From positions 704,001 to 768,000 of the forward strand of contig CBDIID010000003.1 of the NCBI GenBank assembly GCA_965279515.1: a stretch of 64,000 nucleotides of DNA. The letters are read 5' to 3'. The DNA is from Turneriella sp. (lineage in GTDB: Bacteria > Spirochaetota > Leptospiria > Turneriellales > Turneriellaceae). The notes beneath the pieces are model-generated. The model was not told the DNA's origin, searched no databases, and worked only from the letters and a program-made list of their open reading frames with translations. Shown piece by piece: positions 7,957 through 17,892 of this stretch. A program made the position numbers and the translations under genes. Each line of letters opens with the position of its first letter. Within the stretch, counting starts at the first letter, position 1.

Positions 7957-8934
7957 GTGGCCACGACGGCAAAACTCCTCACAGAAGACGAAATCATCGG
8001 GCTCATTGCCCGCCTGAAATGCTCGCGTAAAAATCTTGTTTCGGGCGATGACATTGCACGCTTTGAAACGGGCAAAACCACCTATGCCGGCAGCGATAGC
8101 CTGATCGAAAATGTCCATTACAAAGAAGCCTGGCTCACCCCGGCTGACATTGCCTACAAACTCTTTGCGCGCAACTGGTCGGATTTCCTCTGCAAGGGCA
8201 TCAAGCCGACACAGGCATTACTCAATCTAAACCTGAAACGCGCCAGCGCGCGCTCTGGGTTTATATCCCCCTTTCTGCGCGAACTGGATAAGCTGATGGT
8301 AGAACACCAGATCACGCTGATAGGCGGCGATACCGCGCGCTCGCCGAAGAATGTCTTCACGCTCACCTTTCTCGGCAGTAGCGGCAAGTTTATCCCGAGG
8401 CAGGGTGCCGGCATCCGGCCCGGAGACGTCGTCGTGCAATTGGGGAAAGTTGGCGGAAGCGATCTGGCACGGAAACTAATGGCGCGTAAAAAACCAGTCA
8501 CACCGAGCCTCCGTAGATTATTCACCCGGCCGCAGATTTTCAAGAGCCTGCCGCAGCAGAAATACCTCAAGGCGGCGCTGGACCAGAGCGACTCGGTCGC
8601 TAAAACCCTGCGGATACTGGCGCAGAAAAATGGCGCTATATTGAGCATCGCTATCGATCAAATTGCCGTAGCACACCAAGACATCAGGCGCCCAACGGAT
8701 ATTCTCGCCGCCGCTGAAGACCTCGCTGTCTTTGCGATAGCCGGTAAAAACTCTACCGCTTTCCGCGTCATCGGACATGTGGAATCCATCCGTGGGAAAC
8801 GCCCCGGCGTCGTGTATCGGCACCGCTGTCAGCCGTTCGCGCTAACAGCCGACGGGGGTAAAACTGTTTCCCCACGGACGCATGATTCGACAAAGCTCAT
8901 CACAAGTGCCTTCGAGCACTTTAAGAACTCCTGA
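7957..8934 (+). CDS. thiL: Thiamine-monophosphate kinase-like (PurM/AIR synthase family), divergent
   Basis: GDDIA, DSLIENVHY, ARNWSD, IGGDT, DQSDS and C-terminal FEHF. Confidence 0.75.
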   Translation: MATTAKLLTEDEIIGLIARLKCSRKNLVSGDDIARFETGKTTYAGSDSLIENVHYKEAWLTPADIAYKLFARNWSDFLCKGIKPTQALLNLNLKRASARSGFISPFLRELDKLMVEHQITLIGGDTARSPKNVFTLTFLGSSGKFIPRQGAGIRPGDVVVQLGKVGGSDLARKLMARKKPVTPSLRRLFTRPQIFKSLPQQKYLKAALDQSDSVAKTLRILAQKNGAILSIAIDQIAVAHQDIRRPTDILAAAEDLAVFAIAGKNSTAFRVIGHVESIRGKRPGVVYRHRCQPFALTADGGKTVSPRTHDSTKLITSAFEHFKNS

Positions 8935-9466
8935 AGAGCAAGCCCCGGCAATTTTCCGCGGGCCAACGGTTGTTCTCCACCGTCCCCAGATTCCGCAAAA
9001 CACAGGCAATATCTCGCGCCTCTGTGTCGCCGTGCAGAGCCCATTAATTCTCACCGGTCGCGTGGGTTTCGATTTCGGCGCGGCCGCCGTCAGGCGCGCC
9101 GGCCTCGATCACTGGGATCACCTGAACTTCAGGTATTTCGCCCGCTTCAAAGACTTCTACTTGCAGAACCAAAACCGGCGCCTGATTGCGGTAACCAAAG
9201 TCGCTAAAACCTCCGCGCTCGAATTTGATTTTGCCGAGGGTGATATATTGCTCTTCGGCAATGAAACGATGGGACTACCCCCGTCGCTGCTCAGCCGCCT
9301 CGCCACCCATGTTTATCTGCCGATGTCGGGCGCCGTGCGCAGCCTCAACCTTGCGAACAGCGTGGCTGTCGTGACCTATGCCTACATTCGCCATGTCTAT
9401 GGTAGCGCGGCCGCGCATAGCACTGAAAGCTATCCCCGTACCTACTACAAAGGAAAAATCAAATGA
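8882..9466 (+). CDS. trmL: tRNA (cytidine/uridine-34 2'-O)-methyltransferase, SPOUT family; start may be GTG at 8906
   Basis: PQIPQNTGNISRLC, RRAGLDHW, FGNETMGLP and PMSGAVRSLNLANS. Confidence 0.9.
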   Translation: MIRQSSSQVPSSTLRTPEEQAPAIFRGPTVVLHRPQIPQNTGNISRLCVAVQSPLILTGRVGFDFGAAAVRRAGLDHWDHLNFRYFARFKDFYLQNQNRRLIAVTKVAKTSALEFDFAEGDILLFGNETMGLPPSLLSRLATHVYLPMSGAVRSLNLANSVAVVTYAYIRHVYGSAAAHSTESYPRTYYKGKIK

Positions 9467-12400
9467 AAACGGGTATCCCTAAAGATCTGCGCGACGCCCT
9501 CGCGCCTGTTGTACAGGATCTGCGCACGGGAAAATTTTCCGGCCCACTGGTACCGGCGATTCTGCCGCTCGCCGCGTACCTGCAGTTTGAGAAGCATGCC
9601 GGGCGCCTCATGTATATCGTGCCCGATGACAACACGGCGCTCGAGATCTACCATGCCTGGAACGCGCTCGGTGCCGATTGCGGCGCGCTGGTTTCCTGGG
9701 GAGTTATTCCCTACAGTTTTGCGGCCGCCGATAAGGAAAAGGAATATTTGCGCACGCATGCGGAATACCTGATCCGTTCGGGGCGCCCCTGCCTCATCAC
9801 GGCTTCGATCGAGGGTTTGACACAATACATCGCGCAGGCCGATGCAACGGCGAATGGCATCATCCTCAAAAGCGGCGACCGCTTTCCGCGCGAGAAGCTG
9901 ACAGGTTTTCTTTCTGCCTCGGGGTACACGTATGCCAATCCGCCGCCCGTCACCAAACCCGGTGAGTTCTGCGTCAAGGGCGGCATCGTCGATATTTTCC
10001 CTCCCGATGCCGACGCAGCGGTGCGGATTGACTTCTTCGGCGATGACATTGAAACGATTAAGGCTTTTTCACACGAGACACAGCGCAGCTTTGCCGACTT
10101 GAAAGAAGTGCGGCTCTCAGCCCTGAGACCACATATTCACGAGCTCGTACCGCCAATTGAAAAGCTGGCGGCTCGCCTCGCAACAGAAAAACTCGAATTG
10201 CCGCCGATTCTCGCCACATCTGCGGCCAGCACCGCAGGCTATGCGGATGTCTATCCGCAGCTGCGCCCGTGCGATGACATAACGGCGCTTTGGCAGACCT
10301 CGCAAGGCACCATGGCCTTTGTCTGCGACGCCGAGGCTGTGACGCAGCGGCTCAACGCGATTACGAACGAACGCAAATATCTCTACGAAAAGAGTGAAGG
10401 CAAATACCGCCTGCCACCCGAAGAACTGTTCGTAGCCAAAAATCGCATCGAAGATTTTTTGTTAGCGCAGGTAACCATCCCACTGCTGGAACATGGCAAT
10501 GAGGAAAGCCGCTTTAGAAACGCCCCGCAATTCGGCGGCAGGCTGGGGCTTCTCAAAGAGCGTATCGCAGAGCACGGGGATAAAAAGCTCTGGTTTTTCA
10601 TTGAGTCCGAAGGGCAGCGCGAACGCCTAAAAGCGGCGCTGACCGATATCACGGCGCCCGCTATTCTGCCGCTCTTTTACCCGCACGGCTTTATTTCCGA
10701 AACCGTCACGGTGCTGACGGAGAAGGACGTCTTCGGCCGCGTCGTCAAAAAATACGCCGCCGACCAAAAGATCAGCAAGATTCTTGAAAGTTATACCGAT
10801 CTCAAGGAAGGCGACTACGTCGTTCACGTCAACTATGGTATTGGCCGTTTCTCTGCGCTGAAGCGCATGAAGGTTCAGCAAATCGAGCGCGATTTTCTCG
10901 AGCTGGTCTTCGCCGATAACGACAAACTCTTTGTACCTCTCGACCAGTTAAACCTGGTACACAAGTATATCGGCTCGACGGAAAATCCGCGCCTCGACTA
11001 TCTCGGCAAGAAGTCGTCGTGGGCAAAAACGCGTGCGCGGGTCAAACGCCTCGTCGATTCCATCGCCGAAGAACTCATCGAACTCTATGCGCTCAGGCAA
11101 CAGCAGAAGGGCTTTGCCTTCCCGCCCGACAGTTCATTCCAACATGACTTCGAAGCGGCATTTCCCTTCACCGAAACCGAGCACCAGCTCGAGGCGATCC
11201 AGGCCATCAAATACGATATGGAATCGGAAAAGGCGATGGACCGCCTCGTCTGCGGTGATGTCGGCTTCGGCAAGACCGAGGTGGCGATCCGTGCGGCATT
11301 CAAGGCGGCGATGGCGGGCAAGCAGGTGGCGATTCTCTGCCCCACAACGATTCTCGCCTTCCAGCATTACCGCAGTTTTTCGAAACGTTTTGCCGATTAC
11401 CCCGTGCGCATCGATTTTTTGAGCCGTTTCCGCACCGCGACCGAAGGCGCCGAAATCAAAAAGAAACTCGCCGAAGGGAAGATCGACATCATCATCGGCA
11501 CGCATGCGCTTTTGGCCGAAGATGTGAAGTATAAATCCCTGGGACTTATGGTCATCGACGAAGAACAGCGTTTTGGCGTGACGCATAAAGAAAAACTCCG
11601 CAAACTCAAGAACAACCTCGATTGCCTCGCGCTCACCGCGACGCCGATTCCGCGCACACTGCACATGTCGCTCTCGGGCATACGCGACCTCTCGATCATC
11701 GAGACGCCGCCCGCCGACCGCCGCAAAATCGAAACCTATGTGCTCGCGGATAATGAAGAGCTGCTGACACTGGCGATGAAACGCGAGCTCGATCGCGGCG
11801 GGCAGATCTATGTCTTGCACAACAAGGTAAAAACCATAGAAGAGCAGGCGATCCGCCTGAGGGGCCTTGTGCCCAATGCCCGCACCGCGGTTTTGCACGG
11901 GCAGATGCCTGAAAATGAGATCGAAGAAGTCATGGTCGATTTTTACCAGCATGCCTATGATATACTCGTCAGCACCACGATCATCGAATCGGGCATCGAT
12001 ATACCGAATTGTAATACGCTGATCGTGCTCTCGGCGCACACCTTTGGCTTGAGCCAACTCTACCAGCTCAAGGGCCGCGTCGGCCGCTCCGAGCGGCAGG
12101 CGTATGCGTACTTCTTCCATCCTCCTGCGTCCGTGATGCCGATGAACAGCGACGCGGAACGCCGCCTCGAGGTCCTTGCTGAATACGACGACCTGGGCTC
12201 GGGTTTCAAAATCGCGATGAAAGATCTCGAAATACGCGGCGCGGGTAATTTGCTCGGCAAAGAACAAAGCGGTGAAATCATGGAAATCGGCTTTGAGCTC
12301 TATTCGCAGATGCTCTCCGACAAAATTGCCGAACTCAAGGGGCAAGAACGCGCCGCCGAGTTCGCGGCCATCATCACCCTGCCCTGCGACTGGTATTTTC

Positions 12401-12816
12401 CGGACGACTATGTCGCCGACACGCGCGAGAAAATGGAGTTCTACAAGGCGTTCTCGGCGGCGGAAAATATCGACGAGTACCGCCTCGCGCGCGAAAGCCT
12501 CATCGACCGCTTCGGCAAGCCACCCGAAGTCGTCGACCTCATGCTGCACTTTGAGGAAATCCGCCACATTGCCAATGCCCTGCGCCTCGAGCGTATCGCG
12601 ATTTCACCCGAAGGCCCGTACATCGTCGTTTCGGGCGACCACCGGCTCGACATGGCAAAAGTTTCAACACTGCTGACGCGTGACAAACGCGTGCGCCTCG
12701 ATCCGGCCGATGCGAAGCGGATCAACCTGGACATTAAGACACAACCGCAGCTGGATTTCTTCCGTGAACTGAAAGCAATCCTGAAAGCTTTTTCGGGACT
12801 CAGCGAGGTTGCGTGA
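9463..12816 (+). CDS. mfd: Transcription-repair coupling factor
   Basis: UvrB-like GGIVDIFP, CarD-like GDYVVHVNYGIGRF, CGDVGFGKTEVA, IDEEQRFG, TATPIPRTL, QLKGRVGRS and a TRCF C-terminus. Confidence 0.98.
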   Translation: MKTGIPKDLRDALAPVVQDLRTGKFSGPLVPAILPLAAYLQFEKHAGRLMYIVPDDNTALEIYHAWNALGADCGALVSWGVIPYSFAAADKEKEYLRTHAEYLIRSGRPCLITASIEGLTQYIAQADATANGIILKSGDRFPREKLTGFLSASGYTYANPPPVTKPGEFCVKGGIVDIFPPDADAAVRIDFFGDDIETIKAFSHETQRSFADLKEVRLSALRPHIHELVPPIEKLAARLATEKLELPPILATSAASTAGYADVYPQLRPCDDITALWQTSQGTMAFVCDAEAVTQRLNAITNERKYLYEKSEGKYRLPPEELFVAKNRIEDFLLAQVTIPLLEHGNEESRFRNAPQFGGRLGLLKERIAEHGDKKLWFFIESEGQRERLKAALTDITAPAILPLFYPHGFISETVTVLTEKDVFGRVVKKYAADQKISKILESYTDLKEGDYVVHVNYGIGRFSALKRMKVQQIERDFLELVFADNDKLFVPLDQLNLVHKYIGSTENPRLDYLGKKSSWAKTRARVKRLVDSIAEELIELYALRQQQKGFAFPPDSSFQHDFEAAFPFTETEHQLEAIQAIKYDMESEKAMDRLVCGDVGFGKTEVAIRAAFKAAMAGKQVAILCPTTILAFQHYRSFSKRFADYPVRIDFLSRFRTATEGAEIKKKLAEGKIDIIIGTHALLAEDVKYKSLGLMVIDEEQRFGVTHKEKLRKLKNNLDCLALTATPIPRTLHMSLSGIRDLSIIETPPADRRKIETYVLADNEELLTLAMKRELDRGGQIYVLHNKVKTIEEQAIRLRGLVPNARTAVLHGQMPENEIEEVMVDFYQHAYDILVSTTIIESGIDIPNCNTLIVLSAHTFGLSQLYQLKGRVGRSERQAYAYFFHPPASVMPMNSDAERRLEVLAEYDDLGSGFKIAMKDLEIRGAGNLLGKEQSGEIMEIGFELYSQMLSDKIAELKGQERAAEFAAIITLPCDWYFPDDYVADTREKMEFYKAFSAAENIDEYRLARESLIDRFGKPPEVVDLMLHFEEIRHIANALRLERIAISPEGPYIVVSGDHRLDMAKVSTLLTRDKRVRLDPADAKRINLDIKTQPQLDFFRELKAILKAFSGLSEVA

Positions 12817-13988
12817 CGGATTTAGCCGGTAGGATTTCCCCCGCCGAGAGCCACGCCGCACTCGCAGGCCTGTTGCAGAAATCGCTGGGCGCGAAACACC
12901 ATACCGCGGCGACCGCTGTTCAGGATGCCCTGGGCCTGTGGCATGTTTCGCCGGGCAATACCGTACTGACGCAGCTTTCTGACTTCCTGCTCCCTGAGCG
13001 CAAGAGCCGCATCGCCTTCAGGCTCAAGCCAAAATCGGCTGGTAAAAAAGAGCTGCGCAGGGAATTTCTGCGGGCAAAACCCGTGATCTACCTGAAACTC
13101 AACACAATCGATCTCGCGCAGCGTTTGAAGCGCTTTGAAATTCTTGCGCTGAGCGAAGACAAACTGGCAAAACAACAACTACAAAGGGCAAAAAAAAGAG
13201 CCCGGCATGAATTTGAGAAGAAACTCCGGCTTTTTGGCCGCTATTCGCACGATCTCAAAACGCCTTTTTCCACGCTCATTGCAACTCTCGAGAGTATGGT
13301 ACTGAGCGACGAGGCGATTCCTGCGAAGCTCAGGCTCAACCTTGAAACGATCCGTGGGGCCATCTATTCGGTGCTGAGAAACGCCGGACAATCGCTCGAC
13401 GCGGCGCGCCTGCTCACCCGGCAGCGGCGTGCCACCCTGATACCGTATAATTTTTCAGAATTTGTCTCTGAGGTGGTCGAAGTCTATGCCATCGTGTTTG
13501 AAAGTTATGGCCTGACGCTTACAACAGAAATTGAAAGCGCTGTGCCCGCGGAGATCGATCCGATACAAATGGAAAAAATTCTGAACAACCTGCTGAGCAA
13601 TGCCATCAAACACAACATTCCGGGCGGTTTGGCGCATGTTGCGCTAAAAACCAAGGAGCGCCAGATTGAACTCAGGATCAGCGATACCGGGCTGGGCTTT
13701 GCGGCCACCGGCGAGAAGGTAAAAGACCTCAACCCGTGGAGCTTATCATCGCACGGTTATGGCCTCGGCATCGTGCGCGAACTCGTGCGCTCGAACCGGG
13801 GCCGCATGCAACTCAAAAGCGAGGGCGGTGTCGGCACAACGGTGACGGTCACCCTGCCCGCCGTACCCGAGCTTAAGCCGGTCATCGCGAACCTCAGGCG
13901 GCATAATTTTCAGACGACGCTGCACGAGGTCGAATACCTCGCGGGTGAAAGAACGCGGCTCTCGCGCCGGCGGCGCAGCGCAGACTAA
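12813..13988 (+). CDS. Soluble sensor histidine kinase (HisKA + HATPase_c), orphan
   Basis: H-box SHDLKTP, N-box NNLLSNAIKH, G1 DTGLG and G2 GYGLGIV; no TM helix visible. Confidence 0.85.
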   Translation: MTDLAGRISPAESHAALAGLLQKSLGAKHHTAATAVQDALGLWHVSPGNTVLTQLSDFLLPERKSRIAFRLKPKSAGKKELRREFLRAKPVIYLKLNTIDLAQRLKRFEILALSEDKLAKQQLQRAKKRARHEFEKKLRLFGRYSHDLKTPFSTLIATLESMVLSDEAIPAKLRLNLETIRGAIYSVLRNAGQSLDAARLLTRQRRATLIPYNFSEFVSEVVEVYAIVFESYGLTLTTEIESAVPAEIDPIQMEKILNNLLSNAIKHNIPGGLAHVALKTKERQIELRISDTGLGFAATGEKVKDLNPWSLSSHGYGLGIVRELVRSNRGRMQLKSEGGVGTTVTVTLPAVPELKPVIANLRRHNFQTTLHEVEYLAGERTRLSRRRRSAD

Positions 13989-14878
13989 CTCAAGTCTTCA
14001 GCGGCGTCGGCAAATCTCTCAAAACGGAAATTATAACCATCGGCCAGCGCGCGTTTCGGTACCGCACGCACACTCGCCAGCAGCATCTCGCGGCCGAAGT
14101 CACCGGGTATACTTTTGAGCACAAATTCGGGCACGTGAAAGATAGCGTGCCGCTTAAATTTTTCTGCCAGTACCTGGGTCAGATGCGCGTTCGTGACGGG
14201 CTCGGGCGCCGTCGCGTTGATAATGCCCGGGCTGAAACGCTCCACGTAATGCACCAGCAGATCGGCCATATCGTGTTCGTGGATCCAGGAGAAATACTGC
14301 TCGCCTTTGCCAAAGCGGCCGCCGAGAAAGGCGCGGAAAAAACGCCGCCACACAGTGAAAACCCCGGCGTCGTTAGAGAGCACCGGGGCGATGCGGAATA
14401 TAGCCAGCTTTTCTTTCTTAAAAGCCTTGAGTGCGGCGGATTCCCATTCGACGCAGGTGTCGGCAAGAAAGCCATGCCCGGGATCGGCCGCTTCAGTCAG
14501 AATTTCTGCCTTGCGGTCGCCGTAATAACCCGTCGCCGAAGCCTGTAAAATGACCAGATCGGGGTTGGCCGCCCTTTGCACGACGGTAGCCAGGTGCGCC
14601 ACGGATTCTTTACGGCTCGCCAAAATCTCTTTTTTCAGTTTCTTAGTCCAGATACCCGAGGCGATGCTCTTACCTTCGAGGTTAATGATCGCGGCGGCCT
14701 CGCCTGCAGCCTTAACCTGCGCCTCGATGTCAGCCCGATTCAGCACCGTAAACCCCGTACGGCTGCCGAAGCGCTGCGGATTGCGGCTGATAACAATGAC
14801 CGGAATCTTTTTCCGGCTGAGTTTCTCAGCCACAAGCGAGCCGATCAGACCCGCCCCCCGGATGATAATCGGTTGCAT
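13985..14878 (-). CDS. TIGR01777-family NAD-dependent epimerase
   Basis: GAGLIG, INLEG..I, ASATGYYG, GFLADTCVEWE, FSWIH.HD and NATAPEPVTN. Confidence 0.9.
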   Translation of the reverse strand: MQPIIIRGAGLIGSLVAEKLSRKKIPVIVISRNPQRFGSRTGFTVLNRADIEAQVKAAGEAAAIINLEGKSIASGIWTKKLKKEILASRKESVAHLATVVQRAANPDLVILQASATGYYGDRKAEILTEAADPGHGFLADTCVEWESAALKAFKKEKLAIFRIAPVLSNDAGVFTVWRRFFRAFLGGRFGKGEQYFSWIHEHDMADLLVHYVERFSPGIINATAPEPVTNAHLTQVLAEKFKRHAIFHVPEFVLKSIPGDFGREMLLASVRAVPKRALADGYNFRFERFADAAEDLS

Positions 14879-14958
14879 AACACTACCGGGCAAAGCCTCC
14901 GGGTAGTAGCAATTCTTTTTTGATTATGTCATTCTGAAGCGACGACCGATATTTAACC

Positions 14959-15423
14959 ATGCCCGACGACGTTATTTATGCCGGATTCTGGCGCCGCCTC
15001 GTTGCGGCGATTCTTGATCAGATCATTCTCGCCGTCGGCCGCGCCCTCTGTTATGGTATTTTGGGTCTTATCGTCTACGCCACGCTTTATCTCTTCGATA
15101 TCAAAGAGAACCACGTGCTGGTTTTTGCGATTTTTGGCGGATGTATCTTTTTGCTGAACATCTGGCTCACCTGGATCTACTTTGCCCTCATGGAAAGCTC
15201 ATCATTACAGGGAACACTCGGTAAACTCGCCCTCGGGGTGCGGGTTTTCCATAAAACGGATAAACGCGCACTGACCTTCGAAGAAGCCACAGTGCGCTAT
15301 TTCGCCAAGATTCTGAGCCGCATAACGTTTCTCATCGGCTACATTCTCGCGGCGTTCAGTTCCAAAAAACAGGCGCTGCACGATTTTGTCGGCAAATCGG
15401 TTCTGATCGTCACGCGCGGCTGA
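14959..15423 (+). CDS. RDD-family membrane protein
   Basis: YAGFWRRLVAAILD, QGTLGKLALG and KQALHD. Confidence 0.92.
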   Translation: MPDDVIYAGFWRRLVAAILDQIILAVGRALCYGILGLIVYATLYLFDIKENHVLVFAIFGGCIFLLNIWLTWIYFALMESSSLQGTLGKLALGVRVFHKTDKRALTFEEATVRYFAKILSRITFLIGYILAAFSSKKQALHDFVGKSVLIVTRG

Positions 15424-15450
15424 TTTTTCCGCCGGGGTAAATCCCCCTTT

Positions 15451-15972
15451 TTATTCAGCAAACAGCTTGGGATAGAGCACCACGCGCAGGATGCCTGTCG
15501 CGGGACGAATTTCTGACCACAGTGTGACGTGAAAGTGTACGGCTGCGAGGGCGCAGGTCGGCATTTTGGTATGGAAGGGTGAACGCGAGGTGAGCGTCAC
15601 CAGCAAATCTTCGAGAATGGGATTGTGGCCAACGATCATGACGCTCGAGAGTTCATCGGGCATTTTCTGAATCTGCGCGAGGTAGGCCTGTTGCGAGGCC
15701 GAGTAGAGGCTGTCTTCGACTTTCAGGGTATCTTCGAGTTTCAGCGTTTCAGCGAAAATTTTCGCTGTCTCATACGCACGCGCCGCAGATGAAGTGAAGA
15801 TCGCTTCGGGTGGGAAACGAAAGCTTTCGACGAGTTTCGCCATCTTACCGGCATGACGGATGCCCTTATCTATCAGCCGGCGTTCGTGGTCGTTTTTTTT
15901 GAGATCCTGGTTTTCAGCCTTGGCATGGCGGAGAAGATAAACCGTCTTGATCTGCTTTTCTTTTTGCGCCAA
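15451..15972 (-). CDS. sixA: SixA-like phosphohistidine phosphatase
   Basis: LLRHAKA, DHERRL, SSAARAYETA, VGHNP and MPTCA. Confidence 0.85.
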   Translation of the reverse strand: MAQKEKQIKTVYLLRHAKAENQDLKKNDHERRLIDKGIRHAGKMAKLVESFRFPPEAIFTSSAARAYETAKIFAETLKLEDTLKVEDSLYSASQQAYLAQIQKMPDELSSVMIVGHNPILEDLLVTLTSRSPFHTKMPTCALAAVHFHVTLWSEIRPATGILRVVLYPKLFAE

Positions 15973-15973
15973 T

Positions 15974-17011
15974 TCAGATCACTCCAGCCTGTTCAGGAAA
16001 GCCAAACATCAGATTCATATTCTGTACCGCCTGCCCTGCCGCACCCTTCACAAGATTATCAATCGCCGAGATGATTTGTACGAGGCCGGTTTTGTCATCG
16101 ATGAAATGCGCATAGTCGCAGAAGTTGGTATGTTGTACGTGTTTAACCTCCACCGCGTCAACATTTTCGCGGTGGCGCAGGAATGTTTCGCCCCGAACCT
16201 TTTCAGCGGCGGCGGTAAAATCCGCGGCAGTTTTGCCCGGTTTAATATAGGCATAAGAAGATGACAAAATACCGCGGTACATCGGCAACAGGTGCGGTGT
16301 AAAACGGACATTCACCTTCTGCCCTGCGACGGCAGAAATTTCCTGCGCGATTTCGGGCATATGCTGGTGCCTTGCCGTTTTGTAGCTGCGAAAATTCTCA
16401 TACACGGTGGAATATCCCAGGCCGTCTTTTTCCTTACGACCGCCGGCGCCCGATGTGCCGCTCTTTGCGTCGATGATAACGGGTTTCGTGAAATCAATCA
16501 GATCGCGGTAGACCCAAAGCGGTAACGATGCCGCTGTCGGGTAGCAACCGGGGTTGGCAACGATCTCGGCCCTGGCAATTTCGGCGCGGTGGATTTCGGT
16601 GAGCCCATAGACTGCTTTCGCCAGTGTGGCTTCGGCCGTCTGCTCGAGGCCGTAATATTCCTTAAATTCGACCGTATTTCTCAGGCGAAAGGCGCCCGAG
16701 ATATCGATGACTTTAACGCCGGCGCCCAGAAATTCGGGCGCCCATTTGAGCGATGCATCGTCAGGCGTGGCCAGAAATATAGCATCGAGCTTCGGCGCAT
16801 CGGCAATCTTCTGAGGGTGCGCGGTGAATTTCAGATCGGCAAAGCCGGGATGTGCAAGATTAGGAAAAGCCGCCGCCAGCGGTTTGCCGGCATATTCGGT
16901 CGAGGTGATATAAACCAGTTCAACCTGCGCATGGTGCGCAAAGATGCGGATAAGCTCCTGGCCGGTGAAACCACCGGCACCGAGAATCCCTACCCTTATT
17001 TGGCTGTTCAA
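15974..17011 (-). CDS. argC: N-acetyl-gamma-glutamyl-phosphate reductase
   Basis: GAGGFTG, DISGAFRL, ANPGCYPT, SGTSGAG and IDNLVKGAAGQAVQNMN. Confidence 0.97.
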   Translation of the reverse strand: MNSQIRVGILGAGGFTGQELIRIFAHHAQVELVYITSTEYAGKPLAAAFPNLAHPGFADLKFTAHPQKIADAPKLDAIFLATPDDASLKWAPEFLGAGVKVIDISGAFRLRNTVEFKEYYGLEQTAEATLAKAVYGLTEIHRAEIARAEIVANPGCYPTAASLPLWVYRDLIDFTKPVIIDAKSGTSGAGGRKEKDGLGYSTVYENFRSYKTARHQHMPEIAQEISAVAGQKVNVRFTPHLLPMYRGILSSSYAYIKPGKTAADFTAAAEKVRGETFLRHRENVDAVEVKHVQHTNFCDYAHFIDDKTGLVQIISAIDNLVKGAAGQAVQNMNLMFGFPEQAGVI

Positions 17012-17874
17012 TTCTCTAAGATCGTGAGTTTCTTCAGAATCACGCTGGTTTTGGGGCGGTCTTGTTGGTCGCGCTCCACCTTGGTAATATTCTCAGCAAT
17101 GTCGAGGCCTGCGAGTACGCGGCCAAAAACAGTGTGCTTGCCGTCGAGATAGAGGTTGTCGACAACGCTGACAAAGAACTGGCTGCCGTTGGTATTGGGG
17201 CCTGCATTCGCCATCGAGAGCGAACCTTTGGTGTTCGATTCAGACTCGAGGTTGGGAGTATACGTGACACCGCGTGCAATGAAAAGCTCTTCGAGCGATT
17301 TATTGCCCCATTTATCTTGCTCTGTCTTCAGCATCGCTTCGGCTTCTTTCATTTTAGCCGTGAGGTCAGCCTGGCTCTTGATGTTGAGCTTTTTGAAGAT
17401 ATCGTTGCGCACAACCTGTGCCACTTCGTTGCGTGCCATCGGTGAGGACGAGACCTTGATCTTATCGAGCCCCAAAGCCTTGGCATTGATTTCGTCGGCA
17501 AACTGGTAGCCTGGGCCGCCGGTACCGTTACCCTTGATATCCCCGCCCTGGATCATGAAGTTGGGAATCACACGGTGGAAAATCAGGCCATCGTAGTACG
17601 GGCGCTTCGCCGGTTTACCTTCAGCATCGGTGAATTCCTTTTCGCCTTTCGCGAGGCTGATAAAGTTTTCTACGGTTTTAGGAGCGGCATGGCGGTAGAG
17701 TTCGATCGTAATAGTGCCGAGTGAAGTTTCCATCACCGCGACAGGGTTGGTATCCTTACGCATTTTCTCTTTTACGTTCTGCATCGCTGCCGCCTTCGTT
17801 TTAGGTGTTTTGCTGCATGCCGATGACATCGTCATCGCCAGGGCAAGAATAGTCCAGATTGTTGTTTGTTTCAT
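17008..17874 (-). CDS. Cyclophilin-type peptidyl-prolyl isomerase, predicted lipoprotein, with a long internal insertion
   Basis: APKTVENF, FHRVIPNFMIQGGD, SMANAGPNTNGSQFF and LDGKHTVFG; signal peptide ending SSAC. Confidence 0.93.
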   Translation of the reverse strand: MKQTTIWTILALAMTMSSACSKTPKTKAAAMQNVKEKMRKDTNPVAVMETSLGTITIELYRHAAPKTVENFISLAKGEKEFTDAEGKPAKRPYYDGLIFHRVIPNFMIQGGDIKGNGTGGPGYQFADEINAKALGLDKIKVSSSPMARNEVAQVVRNDIFKKLNIKSQADLTAKMKEAEAMLKTEQDKWGNKSLEELFIARGVTYTPNLESESNTKGSLSMANAGPNTNGSQFFVSVVDNLYLDGKHTVFGRVLAGLDIAENITKVERDQQDRPKTSVILKKLTILEN

Positions 17875-17892
17875 ATAGGTGTATTTCCGTTT

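Noticed and set aside
11134..12567. 477-aa antisense ORF
   Set aside because: It is the antisense shadow of mfd, expected from codon bias, with no protein-like motifs.
15432..15452. GGGG-TAAAT-CCCC hairpin followed by a C and T-run as a terminator
   Set aside because: The 4-bp stem is too weak to call with confidence.
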